Shown in pieces: positions 1 to 10,243 of a stretch of 64,000 bases of DNA; position 1 is the stretch's first letter; each line of letters opens with the position of its first letter. The stretch is from an uncultured Gemmatimonadales bacterium. Its GTDB lineage: Bacteria; Gemmatimonadota; Gemmatimonadetes; Gemmatimonadales; GWC2-71-9. The notes beneath the pieces are model-generated. The model saw nothing but the letters and a program-made list of their open reading frames with translations, searched no databases and was not told the DNA's origin. A program made the position numbers and the translations under genes. Location: assembly GCA_963779755.1 (NCBI GenBank), contig CAVZZO010000001.1:1824001-1888000 (forward strand), given 5' to 3'.

Positions 1-908
1 CACGCTTCCCCGGCCATCGCTTCCGCCAGGTGCAGCGCCCCCAGTGCCGGCTCCACCTCGGAGGGGTGGGGGCGGAGACGGGGTTCGCTGCCCAGCCGTT
101 GGGTGATGACGTCCCGCAACAGACTGCCGGGCCGCAGCAGGCCGCCGGCAAAGGCCAGCGGCACCGGCCCGTCGCCGGGAAATGTCTCCAGCAGGATAAG
201 AGCCAGCTGGCAGAGTTCGCGGGCGGCATAGTCGAGAATGCCCTGAGCGACGACGTCGCCCTCCGATGCCACGGCTACTACCGCCGGCCCCAGAGCCGCG
301 ACTTCCGCGGGAGTGGCGGTGGCCGCCCAGGCGATGAGGCCGGGCATGCCGTCCACATGTGCGGCCTCCGGGATGCGCTGAACCAGGCTGGTTTCCGGGC
401 CCCGGTTGTCGGCGGCGCGGCCCACCGCGCCCAGGGCCGCCCGGCCAATCGCATAGCCGCTGCCCTCGTCGCCCATCTGCCAGCCGTACCCGCCGGCGCG
501 GTGCAGGGTGCCCTCGGGGTCGCGCCCGATGGCGATGCTGCCGGTACCCGCGCTGACCACGATCCCGGGCTCGCGCCCGAAGGCGGCGGCGAGGGCGATC
601 TCGATATCCGTCGTGACGCGTACCCGCCGGGCGATGTGCTCGCTGCGCAGCGCCCGCGCCAGCTCTTCCCGCTCGTCTTCCCGGCCCGCGCCCGCCGCGC
701 CCACCAGCAGCACATCGGCCTCGGTGGTCCGCGCATGGACCAGCGCTCGCCGGACGGTATCGCCGATGGCGCTGGCGGCAACCAGCGCCCGGCCCGGGCG
801 CACCGCGCCCGCGGCACCCTCGGCCCGGCTCAGAATGGTATGGGCATCGCCCACCACGGCCGTGGTCCGGGTTCCCCCGGCATCCACGCCGACAACGATG
901 ACGGTCAT
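1..908 (-). CDS. BadF/BadG/BcrA/BcrD-type ATPase, probable N-acetylglucosamine/N-acetylmuramic acid kinase (stop codon lies off the left edge)
   Basis: Not in the ORF track. Manual translation from ATG at 908 gives MTVIVVGVDAGGTRTTAVVGD..., an ASKHA phosphate-1 motif. The start overlaps the symporter stop (ATGA). Context is peptidoglycan recycling. Confidence 0.8.
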   Translation of the reverse strand, partial: MTVIVVGVDAGGTRTTAVVGDAHTILSRAEGAAGAVRPGRALVAASAIGDTVRRALVHARTTEADVLLVGAAGAGREDEREELARALRSEHIARRVRVTTDIEIALAAAFGREPGIVVSAGTGSIAIGRDPEGTLHRAGGYGWQMGDEGSGYAIGRAALGAVGRAADNRGPETSLVQRIPEAAHVDGMPGLIAWAATATPAEVAALGPAVVAVASEGDVVAQGILDYAARELCQLALILLETFPGDGPVPLAFAGGLLRPGSLLRDVITQRLGSEPRLRPHPSEVEPALGALHLAEAMAGEA

Positions 909-2380
909 GTGTTCTCCTGCGCGTGAGGCAGCAGGCTGAGCCCGGCGCCCGACAGCAGCGTCAGCGCCGTGCCCAGCGGGACGTACCAGGGCCAGGCCAG
1001 GCGCCCCACCGGGGCGAGCCAGCCCAGCCCCGCAACCGTGCTCAGCCGGGCGGCGAAAATCACCACCAGCATCACCGCCACGGTGAGCACCACCGCTCCC
1101 GCCACATCCCGGCCCTGGGCCCGGGGCCAGCGGCCCGCCAGCAGGTAGGTGCCGAGCAGGGCCCCGTAGGTCACCGAGGCGATGGACAGCGCCAGGACGA
1201 TGACGGGCGTGTCTCTGCCCGCAAAGTAGTGAAATACCAGCGCGCCTCCCATGATCCCGGCGGCCCAGAGCACGCTGAACCACCGGCCCACCCGGAGCAG
1301 GTGCACCGGGTCCTTCCGGCCGGTAATGCCGGCATAAAGATCGTGCGTCACCGACGAGGCCAGCGCGTTGATGGCCGAGCTCTGCGTGCTCATGGCCGCG
1401 GCCAGGATCGCCGCGATCAGGAGGCCCGAGAGGCCGGCCGGGAGATGGCTGATGATGAACGACGAGAAGATCTGGTCGGCCGGCATATCGGCCGGCGCCA
1501 GCCCGGCCGCCCAGATGGCGGAGCCGACCAGCAGAAAGAGCGAGAACTGCCCGATGACGAGCACCCCGGAACCTACCAGCGCCACCCGGGCGGAGCGGAG
1601 CGAGCGGCTGGCCAGCAGGCGTTGCACGATCAGGTGATCGGTTCCGTGGCTCGCCGCCGAAAGCATGGCGCCGCCGATCAGGCCCCCGAAGAAGGTATAG
1701 GTGGACGACAGCGAGAGGCTGAAGTCGAAGAGCCGCAGCTTGTGGGCGTCGGCCGCGAGCTGCAGCGCCGGCCCGGCGCCGCCGGCCAGGTGCCAGGCAA
1801 TGGCCAGCGCCGCCGCGCCGCCGGCGAGATACACCAGCAGCTGCAGCACGTCGATCCATACCACCGCCTTGAGCCCGCCGTGCCAGGTGTAGATCAGGGT
1901 CACGATGCTCATGGCCACGATCGCCGCAGGGATGCTCCAGCCGGTCAGCAGCGCCAGCGGAATCGCGCTGGCGAAGACGCGCACGCCGTCGCCCAGCGCG
2001 CGCGTTACCAGGAAGACCACTGACGTGAGTCGCCGGGTACCGGGGCCGAAGCGCGACTCCAGCCGGGCATAGGCGGTCTCCTGCTCGCCGTGGAAGTAGC
2101 CGGGCAGGAGCCATACGGCCACCGCGATCCGGCCCACCAGATAGCCCAGCGTCAGCTGCAGGAAGGTGAGATCGCCCCGCGCGCCGAGGGCCGGCGCCGA
2201 GATGACCGTGAGCGCGGACGTCTCGGTGGCCACGATGGACAGCAGGATGGCCCAGGCGGGAAGGTCGCGGGCCCCCAGGAAATAGTCGCCCGCGGTCTGC
2301 TGCCGGCGGGAGACCCAGAGCCCGCCGCCCAGGGTGGCGACGAAATAGACCAGGATGACGCCGAGATCGACCGGGCTCAG
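905..2380 (-). CDS. Sodium:solute symporter (SSS family), probable amino-sugar transporter; probable CTG start
   Basis: Highly hydrophobic. SSS-typical N-terminus (YF...DYFLGARDLPAWAILLSIVATETSALT) extends upstream of the track start at 2233 to CTG at 2380, which is preceded by AGGAG. In-frame stop at 2414-2416. Confidence 0.88.
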   Translation of the reverse strand: MSPVDLGVILVYFVATLGGGLWVSRRQQTAGDYFLGARDLPAWAILLSIVATETSALTVISAPALGARGDLTFLQLTLGYLVGRIAVAVWLLPGYFHGEQETAYARLESRFGPGTRRLTSVVFLVTRALGDGVRVFASAIPLALLTGWSIPAAIVAMSIVTLIYTWHGGLKAVVWIDVLQLLVYLAGGAAALAIAWHLAGGAGPALQLAADAHKLRLFDFSLSLSSTYTFFGGLIGGAMLSAASHGTDHLIVQRLLASRSLRSARVALVGSGVLVIGQFSLFLLVGSAIWAAGLAPADMPADQIFSSFIISHLPAGLSGLLIAAILAAAMSTQSSAINALASSVTHDLYAGITGRKDPVHLLRVGRWFSVLWAAGIMGGALVFHYFAGRDTPVIVLALSIASVTYGALLGTYLLAGRWPRAQGRDVAGAVVLTVAVMLVVIFAARLSTVAGLGWLAPVGRLAWPWYVPLGTALTLLSGAGLSLLPHAQENT

Positions 2381-2415
2381 TGTGGCTCCTCGCGGCGGAG
2401 GGACTGGGGGATATC

Positions 2416-2445
2416 AAAAGGGCCCACGGAGAATCCGTGAGCCCT
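2416..2445 (-). terminator. Intrinsic terminator after the iscA-like gene
   Basis: Minus strand reads AGGGCTCACGGA-TTC-TCCGTGGGCCCT followed by T residues. Confidence 0.7.
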
Positions 2446-2465
2446 GGTCGAGCGGAGCGAAAGCC

Positions 2466-2834
2466 TCAGGCGGTGAAGCTGCTGCCGCAGCCGCAGCCGC
2501 CGGTCGAGTTGGGGTTGTTGAACGTGAAGCCCGACCCCTGCATGGAGGAGGTGTAGTCGATGGTCACGCCGTTCAGGTACTGCGCGCTGAAGCCGTCCAC
2601 GAACACCCGGATGCCTGCGCTCTCCAGCACCAGATCATCTTCCAGCGAGCGCTCTTCGATATTGAGGCTGTACTTGAAACCGGAACAGCCGCCCGGCAAT
2701 ACGCTCACGCGCAGACCGGCGGACTCTCCCGGCAACTGCTCGGACTGCATGAACTTGACCACCTCGGCCGCTGCCTTGTCGGTCAGAATAAGGGCCAGCC
2801 CGGGGGTGCCCACCTGCTGTTCGGTATTGCTCAT
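2466..2834 (-). CDS. Iron-sulfur cluster assembly accessory protein (HesB/IscA/ErpA family)
   Basis: Contains GGCSGFKY and the C-terminal NPN...CGCGSSF motif. ATG at 2834 follows GGAG-type sequences. Confidence 0.92.
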   Translation of the reverse strand: MSNTEQQVGTPGLALILTDKAAAEVVKFMQSEQLPGESAGLRVSVLPGGCSGFKYSLNIEERSLEDDLVLESAGIRVFVDGFSAQYLNGVTIDYTSSMQGSGFTFNNPNSTGGCGCGSSFTA

Positions 2835-2899
2835 CCTCCAGCTCCTTCGTCGAGGCGCCGTCGACGCCACCTGAATGGGGGTCCTGCACTAACGTGTGA

Positions 2900-2928
2900 A
2901 AGTTACGTGAAGGACGCCGGGGGGTCAA
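2900..2928 (-). promoter_or_regulatory. Sigma70-like promoter of the iscA-like gene
   Basis: TTGACC-N17-TAACTT on the minus strand. Confidence 0.6.
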
Positions 2929-2939
2929 TTACTCCCGCC

Positions 2940-4181
2940 TTACCGCTCGCCTTCCGCCGGATTCTTCGGCGGGTCCTTCCGGTTCCCGGCCTGTTCCAGG
3001 CCGTCCACCACCCCCACCACCCGGTTAGCCACGCCGCGGCGGACGGCGAAGATCTTGTGGTTCTCCCGGGTAGGGTTCACCCGGTTGGTGAGCAGCACGA
3101 CGGCCAGGTCGCGGCCGGGATCGAACCAGATCGATGTTCCGGTGAAGCCGGTATGCCCGAAGGCCTGCGCTCCCAGGCTGTCGCCCCCGCTGCTCAGTCC
3201 CGAAGGTGTGTCCCAGCCCAGCGCCCGGCTGGAACCGGGCACCAGGTCCTGCCGGCGGGTAAAGGCCCGAACCGACCGGGGCGGCTCGATGGCGAAGGGC
3301 GGGACTCCGGCGCCGCCGCCGGGGGCGCAGCGCGGAGTGGGGCAGGGTTGCCAGGCGCTCAGCATCCACTGGGCGAAGGTGAGCAGATCGGCGGCCGTAC
3401 TGAAGAGACCGGCGTGGCCCGAAACGCCGCCCAGCCGGGCGGCATTCTCGTCGTGCACCTCGCCCCGGATGATATGGCCCCGCCAGGGGTCGTTCTCGGT
3501 GGGGGCGATGCGGGGCAGCCAGCCGGCCGGCGGCAGATAGCGGGTGGACCGCATGCCCAGGGGGCCGAAGAGCCGGTCGGCCTCCAGCGAGTCCAGCCGC
3601 TCGCCGAAAACCCGCTCGACCGCCTGGGTGAGCACGATCGCGCCCAGATCCGAGTAGACCGTGCGGACGCCCGGCAGCGTGTCCAGCGCGGTGGTATCCA
3701 CCAGCGCCAGGGCCTCCTCGCGGGTGGCGGTCTCCAGGTACAGCGGCCGCCAGGCCGGCATTCCGCTCGAGTGGGTGAGCAGGTGCCGGATGGTCACCAG
3801 ATGCTTGTGGGACCCCCGGAACTCCGGGACGTAGCGGTCGACCGGCGCATCCAGATCCAGCAGGCCGCTGTCTACCGCCATCATGACCATCGAGGTGAGC
3901 CCGATGACCTTCGAAAGCGAGGCAAGGTCGTACACCGTGTTGCTGTCGGGCCGGGCGGCAAGGCCCACGCCCAGGTGCCCGGTGCCGTAGAGGAACCGGT
4001 GTCCCTGCCAGGTCACCCCCAGCACGGCGCCGGGTGCGGCGCCGTCGGCGATGGTGGAGTCGAGGTAGGAGGTGACCGGCCGCCACACCTGATCGGGCGC
4101 CGGCGCGGACGACGCCGGCGCGCGGTGGCAGGCCGTGGTCATGCCCAGGGCGAGGAGAAGGCCGAGAGTCGGTCGGGTCAT
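2940..4181 (-). CDS. Serine hydrolase, beta-lactamase class C-like (AmiE-like amidase), lipoprotein
   Basis: Motifs SxxK (ASLSK), YSD, GEVHDENA..LGGVSGHAGLF and GHTGFTG. Lipobox-like TTAC. Confidence 0.85.
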   Translation of the reverse strand: MTRPTLGLLLALGMTTACHRAPASSAPAPDQVWRPVTSYLDSTIADGAAPGAVLGVTWQGHRFLYGTGHLGVGLAARPDSNTVYDLASLSKVIGLTSMVMMAVDSGLLDLDAPVDRYVPEFRGSHKHLVTIRHLLTHSSGMPAWRPLYLETATREEALALVDTTALDTLPGVRTVYSDLGAIVLTQAVERVFGERLDSLEADRLFGPLGMRSTRYLPPAGWLPRIAPTENDPWRGHIIRGEVHDENAARLGGVSGHAGLFSTAADLLTFAQWMLSAWQPCPTPRCAPGGGAGVPPFAIEPPRSVRAFTRRQDLVPGSSRALGWDTPSGLSSGGDSLGAQAFGHTGFTGTSIWFDPGRDLAVVLLTNRVNPTRENHKIFAVRRGVANRVVGVVDGLEQAGNRKDPPKNPAEGER

Positions 4182-4218
4182 GGATGGATTCGAGTCAGCA
4201 GGGGTTCCCGGAACTTAG

Positions 4219-4278
4219 CCGCAGATTGATCCACAGATTGCATGGATCATACACCCGAGCAATCTGTGCAATCTGCGG
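4219..4278. repeat. Palindromic short-repeat hairpin (CAGATTG / CAATCTG)
   Basis: ccgcagattg..cacagattgc ... gcaatctgtgcaatctgcgg. Confidence 0.75.
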
Positions 4279-4283
4279 AACCT

Positions 4284-6035
4284 TCACGGCCGGGGCATGC
4301 CCCGGAGCAGGCCCGTCCCTCTCGGATAACGGGGGGGAATGCTGATCGGCAGCTTCCCCTCGATCGGTTGGGCGCCCGCCAGCGCTCGAGCGACTGCACG
4401 CTCGCTCATGGCGCGCGGCGACCATCCCAGCACGTAGGATCCGATATCCGGCATCTGGCCGATTATGTATGGAGACCCCAGCGACACCAGCAGAGTCGGG
4501 TGCTGCCGGGCGACGCTGTCGGCAAAGGCCGCCATCTGGGTCGGCAGCGCGATCGTCCCGCTCCAGGCGGACGCGCGCACGCTGGCGACGAAGATGGCAT
4601 AGGGGGTGACGCGCGCTGCGGACGCGGCCGAGTCGTAGCTGGCCGGGCCGCTCTGGGGGTAGAGCCGGAAGAACTGCACCGGGAAGCCCCGGTCGCGCAG
4701 CTCGGCGGTCAGGGAACCCCCCACCTCGTCGCCCCAGGCGATCACCGTCACCGCCCGCGGGGCGGTGCGCAGGCTGTCCACCACCCCGTCCCGGTCCTCC
4801 GCCAGTACGACCGACCGGGCGGTGATCTCGCGCGCGATGTCCTGGAACGGCGCGGAGCCGACCACCTCCGGAATGCTGTCGAGCGAGACGGTACGCTGCC
4901 GGAACAGCCCCATCCGCCGTTTCAGCTCCAGCAGCCGCCGCACCGAGTGGTCCAGCCGCTCCATGGAGACGCGGCCGGATGCGACGGCGGTAGTGAGCGC
5001 ATCGATAGCCACCGAAGGATCGGCCGGCTGCAGCAGGAGATCCGCCCCTGCCTCGAAGGCCCGCACCGCCGCCTCGCCCGCACCGTAGCCGTTCACCAGC
5101 GCGCCCATGTTGAGGGCGTCGGTCACGATCAGGCCGTGAAACCCGAGCGAATCGCGCAGGATGCCCTGGAGAATCACGGGCGAGATGGTGGACGGCCGGG
5201 TGTAGCCCGGGTCCACCAGGGGGAGCGCGATGTGCGCCGACATGATGCCGGTCACGCCGGCGCGGATCGCGGCCCGGAAGGGCGGCAGTTCCAGCGTGTC
5301 CAGCCGGGCCCAGTCCGCCGTCAGCACCGGCAGCGCCAGGTGAGAATCGGTTTCGGTGTCGCCGTGTCCGGGAAAGTGTTTGGCCACGGCGTACATCCCG
5401 TGCTGCTGGATGCCCCGCACCTCGGCCGCGACCAGCCGCCCCACCCGGGCCGGGTCCTCGCCGAACGAACGGGTGTTGATGATCGGGTTGGCCGGATTGC
5501 TGTTGACGTCCGCCACCGGCGAGAAGGTCATGTGGATGCCCACCGCCCGGCCTTCCAGCGCGGTCACCCGGCCCATCTGGTAGGCATCGAGTTCACTTCC
5601 GCCCGCGGCCAGACCCATATTGGTGGGGAAGGCGGTGCCGCCCACCAGCCGGAAGGCGGTGCCGCCTTCCAGGTCGGAGGCCACCAGCAGCGGTAGCGTC
5701 GAGCGGCGCTGCAGCCGGTTCAGTTTCGCCGCCACGTCCAGGGGCGAACCGATGGACACGATAATGCCGCCCACGTGGAGCGAGTCCACCCAGCCCTGCA
5801 CCCGCTGGAACGCCGAATCGTCGAAGGGCGCGTAGTTCCCGGCCACCCAAGGCATCACCACCTGGGCGACCTTGTCTCGCAGCGGCAGGCTGTCCAGCAG
5901 CCGGTCCACCGCGCTGGGCGTTCCCACCAGCGGACCGGCGGGCGGGGTCAGGTCGAGCGGCGGCGCCTTGGTGATGGAGGCGCAGCCGGCGAGGGCGACG
6001 ATCAGCACGGGAAGAAGAGAGCGAAAGCGATGCAC
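4284..6035 (-). CDS. nagZ: GH3 beta-N-acetylhexosaminidase, lipoprotein
   Basis: NagZ signature KHFPGHGDTETDSH, plus DLEGG and TDALNM. Lipobox LAGC. Confidence 0.9.
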   Translation of the reverse strand: MHRFRSLLPVLIVALAGCASITKAPPLDLTPPAGPLVGTPSAVDRLLDSLPLRDKVAQVVMPWVAGNYAPFDDSAFQRVQGWVDSLHVGGIIVSIGSPLDVAAKLNRLQRRSTLPLLVASDLEGGTAFRLVGGTAFPTNMGLAAGGSELDAYQMGRVTALEGRAVGIHMTFSPVADVNSNPANPIINTRSFGEDPARVGRLVAAEVRGIQQHGMYAVAKHFPGHGDTETDSHLALPVLTADWARLDTLELPPFRAAIRAGVTGIMSAHIALPLVDPGYTRPSTISPVILQGILRDSLGFHGLIVTDALNMGALVNGYGAGEAAVRAFEAGADLLLQPADPSVAIDALTTAVASGRVSMERLDHSVRRLLELKRRMGLFRQRTVSLDSIPEVVGSAPFQDIAREITARSVVLAEDRDGVVDSLRTAPRAVTVIAWGDEVGGSLTAELRDRGFPVQFFRLYPQSGPASYDSAASAARVTPYAIFVASVRASAWSGTIALPTQMAAFADSVARQHPTLLVSLGSPYIIGQMPDIGSYVLGWSPRAMSERAVARALAGAQPIEGKLPISIPPRYPRGTGLLRGMPRP

Positions 6036-7250
6036 CGACTACTCACGTGTCTGGGGATGGCGGGCTGGATCGCCTGCGGCGCGGCGCCGTTCCCGGCGCC
6101 GGCGCCCGTCCCGGTCCGGCCGGGGATCGAGGTCCTGCTGACGGACAGCCTGGGGCTGGTACGAGGACGCCGGGTTGCCCTGCTCGCCAACCGCGCCAGC
6201 GTCGATGCCCATGGGGTCGCGGACGCGGTCCGGCTGCGGCAGGCGGGCGTGAACCTGGTGGCCCTGATGGCGCCTGAACACGGCTACGGCGGAACGGCGG
6301 CGCCGGGCGCGCCGGTCGCCACCACCACCGATTCTGTCACGGGTCTTCCAATCTACAGCTTCTACGGCCCCGATTCGAAGGGGGTCCTGCCGCCGCAGGC
6401 GGAGATCGTCCTGATCGACCTGCCCGATGTCGGCGCCCGCTACTTCACCTATCTCAGCACGGCGGTAGATGTCATCCGGGCTGCCGCCCGCTCGGGCGTG
6501 CCCGTGGTGGTGCTCGATCGTCCCGATCCCATCGGCGGGGTGGTGCAGGGGAACGTGCTCGACACGGCGTATCGCTCCGCAGTGGGGCTGCTGGCGGTTC
6601 CCATGCGCTACGGCCTCACCCTGGGCGAACTGGTGCGCCTGGCCATTCGCGACCTGAACCTGCCGGGCCGGGTGAGCGTTGTGCCGGCCGACGGGTGGCG
6701 GCGCGGCATGACCCTGGCGGAGGCGGGGCTCCCCTTCGAGCGGCCCAGTCCCAATCTGCCCACCCTGGAGAGCCTCTATCACTATCCCGGGTTGTGTCTC
6801 TTCGAGGGCACGAATCTCTCGGTGGGGCGGGGGAGCGATGCGCCCTTCGAGCAGATCGGCGCCCCCTGGCTGGATCCTGCGCGAGTGCTCCAGCGGCTGA
6901 ACCGCGAGCCCCACCCCGGGGTAGACCTCGAGGCGGTGCGTTTCACTCCCCGGCATCCCGGTGACGGGAAGTATGCCGGCATCGCCGTGCGGGGCATCCG
7001 GCTGCGCGTGACCGACCGGGCGGCCTACGATCCGACCCGGACCGCGGTCCAGCTGCTGGCGGCTATCCGGGCGGCCTACCCCGACAGTCTGCGCTGGATT
7101 CCTTCCCACTTCGACCGGCTGGCCGGGACCTCCCGGCTGCGGCTGGCGATCATGGCGGGGAAGGAAGCCGGGGAAATCATGGCTCCGTGGGAGGACGAGC
7201 GCGCACGGTACCTGGAACGGCGGAAGGGAATACTGCTGTATGGGGAATAG
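6030..7250 (+). CDS. namZ: Exo-beta-N-acetylmuramidase NamZ family (DUF1343)
   Basis: Motifs APEHG, DLPDVGARYFTY, LDRPDP, PSPNLP and EGTNLSVGRG. Start taken at ATG 6030; ATG 6057 is an alternative. Confidence 0.87.
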   Translation: MHRLLTCLGMAGWIACGAAPFPAPAPVPVRPGIEVLLTDSLGLVRGRRVALLANRASVDAHGVADAVRLRQAGVNLVALMAPEHGYGGTAAPGAPVATTTDSVTGLPIYSFYGPDSKGVLPPQAEIVLIDLPDVGARYFTYLSTAVDVIRAAARSGVPVVVLDRPDPIGGVVQGNVLDTAYRSAVGLLAVPMRYGLTLGELVRLAIRDLNLPGRVSVVPADGWRRGMTLAEAGLPFERPSPNLPTLESLYHYPGLCLFEGTNLSVGRGSDAPFEQIGAPWLDPARVLQRLNREPHPGVDLEAVRFTPRHPGDGKYAGIAVRGIRLRVTDRAAYDPTRTAVQLLAAIRAAYPDSLRWIPSHFDRLAGTSRLRLAIMAGKEAGEIMAPWEDERARYLERRKGILLYGE

Positions 7251-7333
7251 GGAAGGGGAACAGGGAACCGGGAAGGGGGAAGAGGCTCCCTTCCCCTTTT
7301 CCCTTTTCCCGGTTCCCGGTTCCCTGTTCCCTG
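7243..7333. repeat. Heptamer-type tandem repeat hairpin (GGGAAnn arm / nnTTCCC arm)
   Basis: A purine-rich arm is followed by a complementary pyrimidine-rich arm directly after namZ. Confidence 0.75.
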
Positions 7334-7402
7334 CTGCCCACGGTCGGGGTCACGGCGGGGGGACGGAGGGCCGTCAGATTGCCACCATGCTCCTGCGGCG
7401 TG

Positions 7403-7431
7403 TTGATCTAACCCGTTCTGCCGGTTATCCT
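7403..7431 (+). promoter_or_regulatory. Sigma70-like promoter upstream of the CDP-alcohol phosphatidyltransferase/ino1 pair
   Basis: TTGATC-N17-TATCCT. Confidence 0.55.
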
Positions 7432-7498
7432 TTCGCGGCGCCGAACCAGGGATGTGGATGCGCACTGACTCGCGGAACTCCGGCCGGATCCGGCACTT

Positions 7499-8179
7499 GT
7501 GAAGCTGCTGCCTCCCGTGGTGGAGCGGGGGTTCTATGCTGCGGTCCAGCCCCTGGTGGACCGGCTCCTGCGGTCCGGTGTGCGTCCCAACGCCATCACC
7601 ACCTTCGGCACCTCCCTGGTGCTGATCTCCAGTGTCGCCTACGGTGCCGGACTGGTGCGCTGGGGCGGCCTGCTGCTGCTCCTGAGCGGCATCGTCGACA
7701 CGCTGGATGGCCAGGTGGCGCGGGGCGGCCGGATGGTGACCAGCTTCGGCGCCTTCTACGATTCCACACTCGACCGCGTGGGCGACGGTGCCACCTTCAT
7801 CGGCATCGGCACCTTCCTGCTGACGACGCCGGATGTGGCCTGGCGGGTGCCGGCGGTGGTCGCCTGCATGCTGGCGATTCTCGCCTCCTTGCTCGTGTCC
7901 TATGCCCGGGCGCGGGCGGAGGGACTGGGGCTGGAGTGCAAGGTGGGCATCGCCCAGCGGGCGGAGCGGATCATCGGGCTGGGCGCGCCCTCGCTCATTG
8001 TGGGCGCAGGGCCGCACGCGTTGGTGCTGGAGGGGCTGGTGGCCCTCCTGGCGCTCGCCTCGGTGATCACGGTGGTACAGCGGTTCTACTACGTCTATCG
8101 GCAGACTAACGGCGCCGCCCCCGCGGGCGCGCCGCCGTCGCAGCGGGTCGCGGCGGATTCTCTTGTGAAAGGACCGTAA
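7499..8179 (+). CDS. CDP-alcohol phosphatidyltransferase (phosphatidylinositol-phosphate synthase-like)
   Basis: Family motif DTLDGQVAR...FGAFYDSTLDRVGD. SYARARAEGLG and RAER are typical of PIP synthase-like enzymes. Confidence 0.88.
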   Translation: MKLLPPVVERGFYAAVQPLVDRLLRSGVRPNAITTFGTSLVLISSVAYGAGLVRWGGLLLLLSGIVDTLDGQVARGGRMVTSFGAFYDSTLDRVGDGATFIGIGTFLLTTPDVAWRVPAVVACMLAILASLLVSYARARAEGLGLECKVGIAQRAERIIGLGAPSLIVGAGPHALVLEGLVALLALASVITVVQRFYYVYRQTNGAAPAGAPPSQRVAADSLVKGP

Positions 8180-8181
8180 CG

Positions 8182-9504
<1,323 letters not shown>

Positions 9505-9580
9505 CAGGAATCGGGGATCAGAGCCCGGGGATCAGGGGTGGCGGGCGGCCCTGATTCCTGATTCCTGGTCCCCGATCCCT
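9505..9580. repeat. Heptamer repeat hairpin (GGATCAG / CCTGATT type)
   Basis: caggaatcggggatcag... versus ccctgattcctgattcctggtccccgatccct. Confidence 0.7.
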
Positions 9581-9593
9581 TATCTTTGGGAAC

Positions 9594-9884
9594 ATGAAAT
9601 ACTTCCATCGCACCCATCTCTCCCCCGACGAGGCCCTGGTGGCGGGCGTCGAGTTCTTCGGCGCCCGGCTGACCCCCGCCGAGGAATCGCCGCGCCGGCG
9701 CCAGTGGAGCGGGGCCATCGGGCGCATCAGCCTGAGCGCCCATCCCGAGGGCGGGCACTATACCCTGGTGAACCTGGAAACCGACCAGGTGGGCGAGAGC
9801 GAGGCCGACAAGATGGCCAAGCGATTCCTCACGCTGCTGCACGCGAAGGCCGAGCCCGGGCATGCGGTGCGGGGGGCGTATTGA
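9594..9884 (+). CDS. Hypothetical protein (96 aa), probably leaderless
   Basis: Codon usage is typical of the window. TATCTT lies 7 nt before the ATG. Confidence 0.7.
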   Translation: MKYFHRTHLSPDEALVAGVEFFGARLTPAEESPRRRQWSGAIGRISLSAHPEGGHYTLVNLETDQVGESEADKMAKRFLTLLHAKAEPGHAVRGAY

Positions 9885-9888
9885 AGAT

Positions 9889-9996
9889 GGTCAAAGGTCC
9901 AGGGTCGACGGTCAGACTCCGGAGGTTGCACCAGAGGCAGGGGACAGCGCCCGGATTCGACCTTCGACCTTTGAGCTTCGACCTTTGACCTTCGAG
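9889..9996. repeat. Heptamer repeat hairpin (GGTCRAA / TTYGACC type)
   Basis: ggtcaaaggtccagggtcgacggtcag ... ttcgaccttcgacctttgagcttcgacctttgaccttcgag. Confidence 0.75.
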
Positions 9997-10025
9997 CACC
10001 TGGTGACCGGCCACTCGCGACGACC

Positions 10026-10241
10026 ATGACCCACCTCCGCCTCGCCATCACCGGTATGACCGGCGTCCCCTGCCGGCAGAAGATCGAGCGCGCGGTGCTG
10101 GGGTTGTCCGGCGTCGAGGCAGCCGTGGTCTGCCTGGGCCAGGGCTACGCGGACATCGAGTACGAGGAAACGGAGCTGGCCCCGGAAACGCTGCTGGAGA
10201 CCATTGCCCAGGCCGGCTACCAGGCACGGATCGGGGGCTAA
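10026..10241 (+). CDS. Heavy-metal-associated (HMA/CopZ-like) domain protein with a degenerate metal motif
   Basis: LAITGMTGVPC..KIERAV..LSGV...TIAQAGY. Confidence 0.75.
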   Translation: MTHLRLAITGMTGVPCRQKIERAVLGLSGVEAAVVCLGQGYADIEYEETELAPETLLETIAQAGYQARIGG

Positions 10242-10243
10242 CC

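Noticed and set aside
2466..2834. HesB-like protein as a second selenoprotein
   Set aside because: All motif positions are ordinary Cys codons, with no in-frame TGA.
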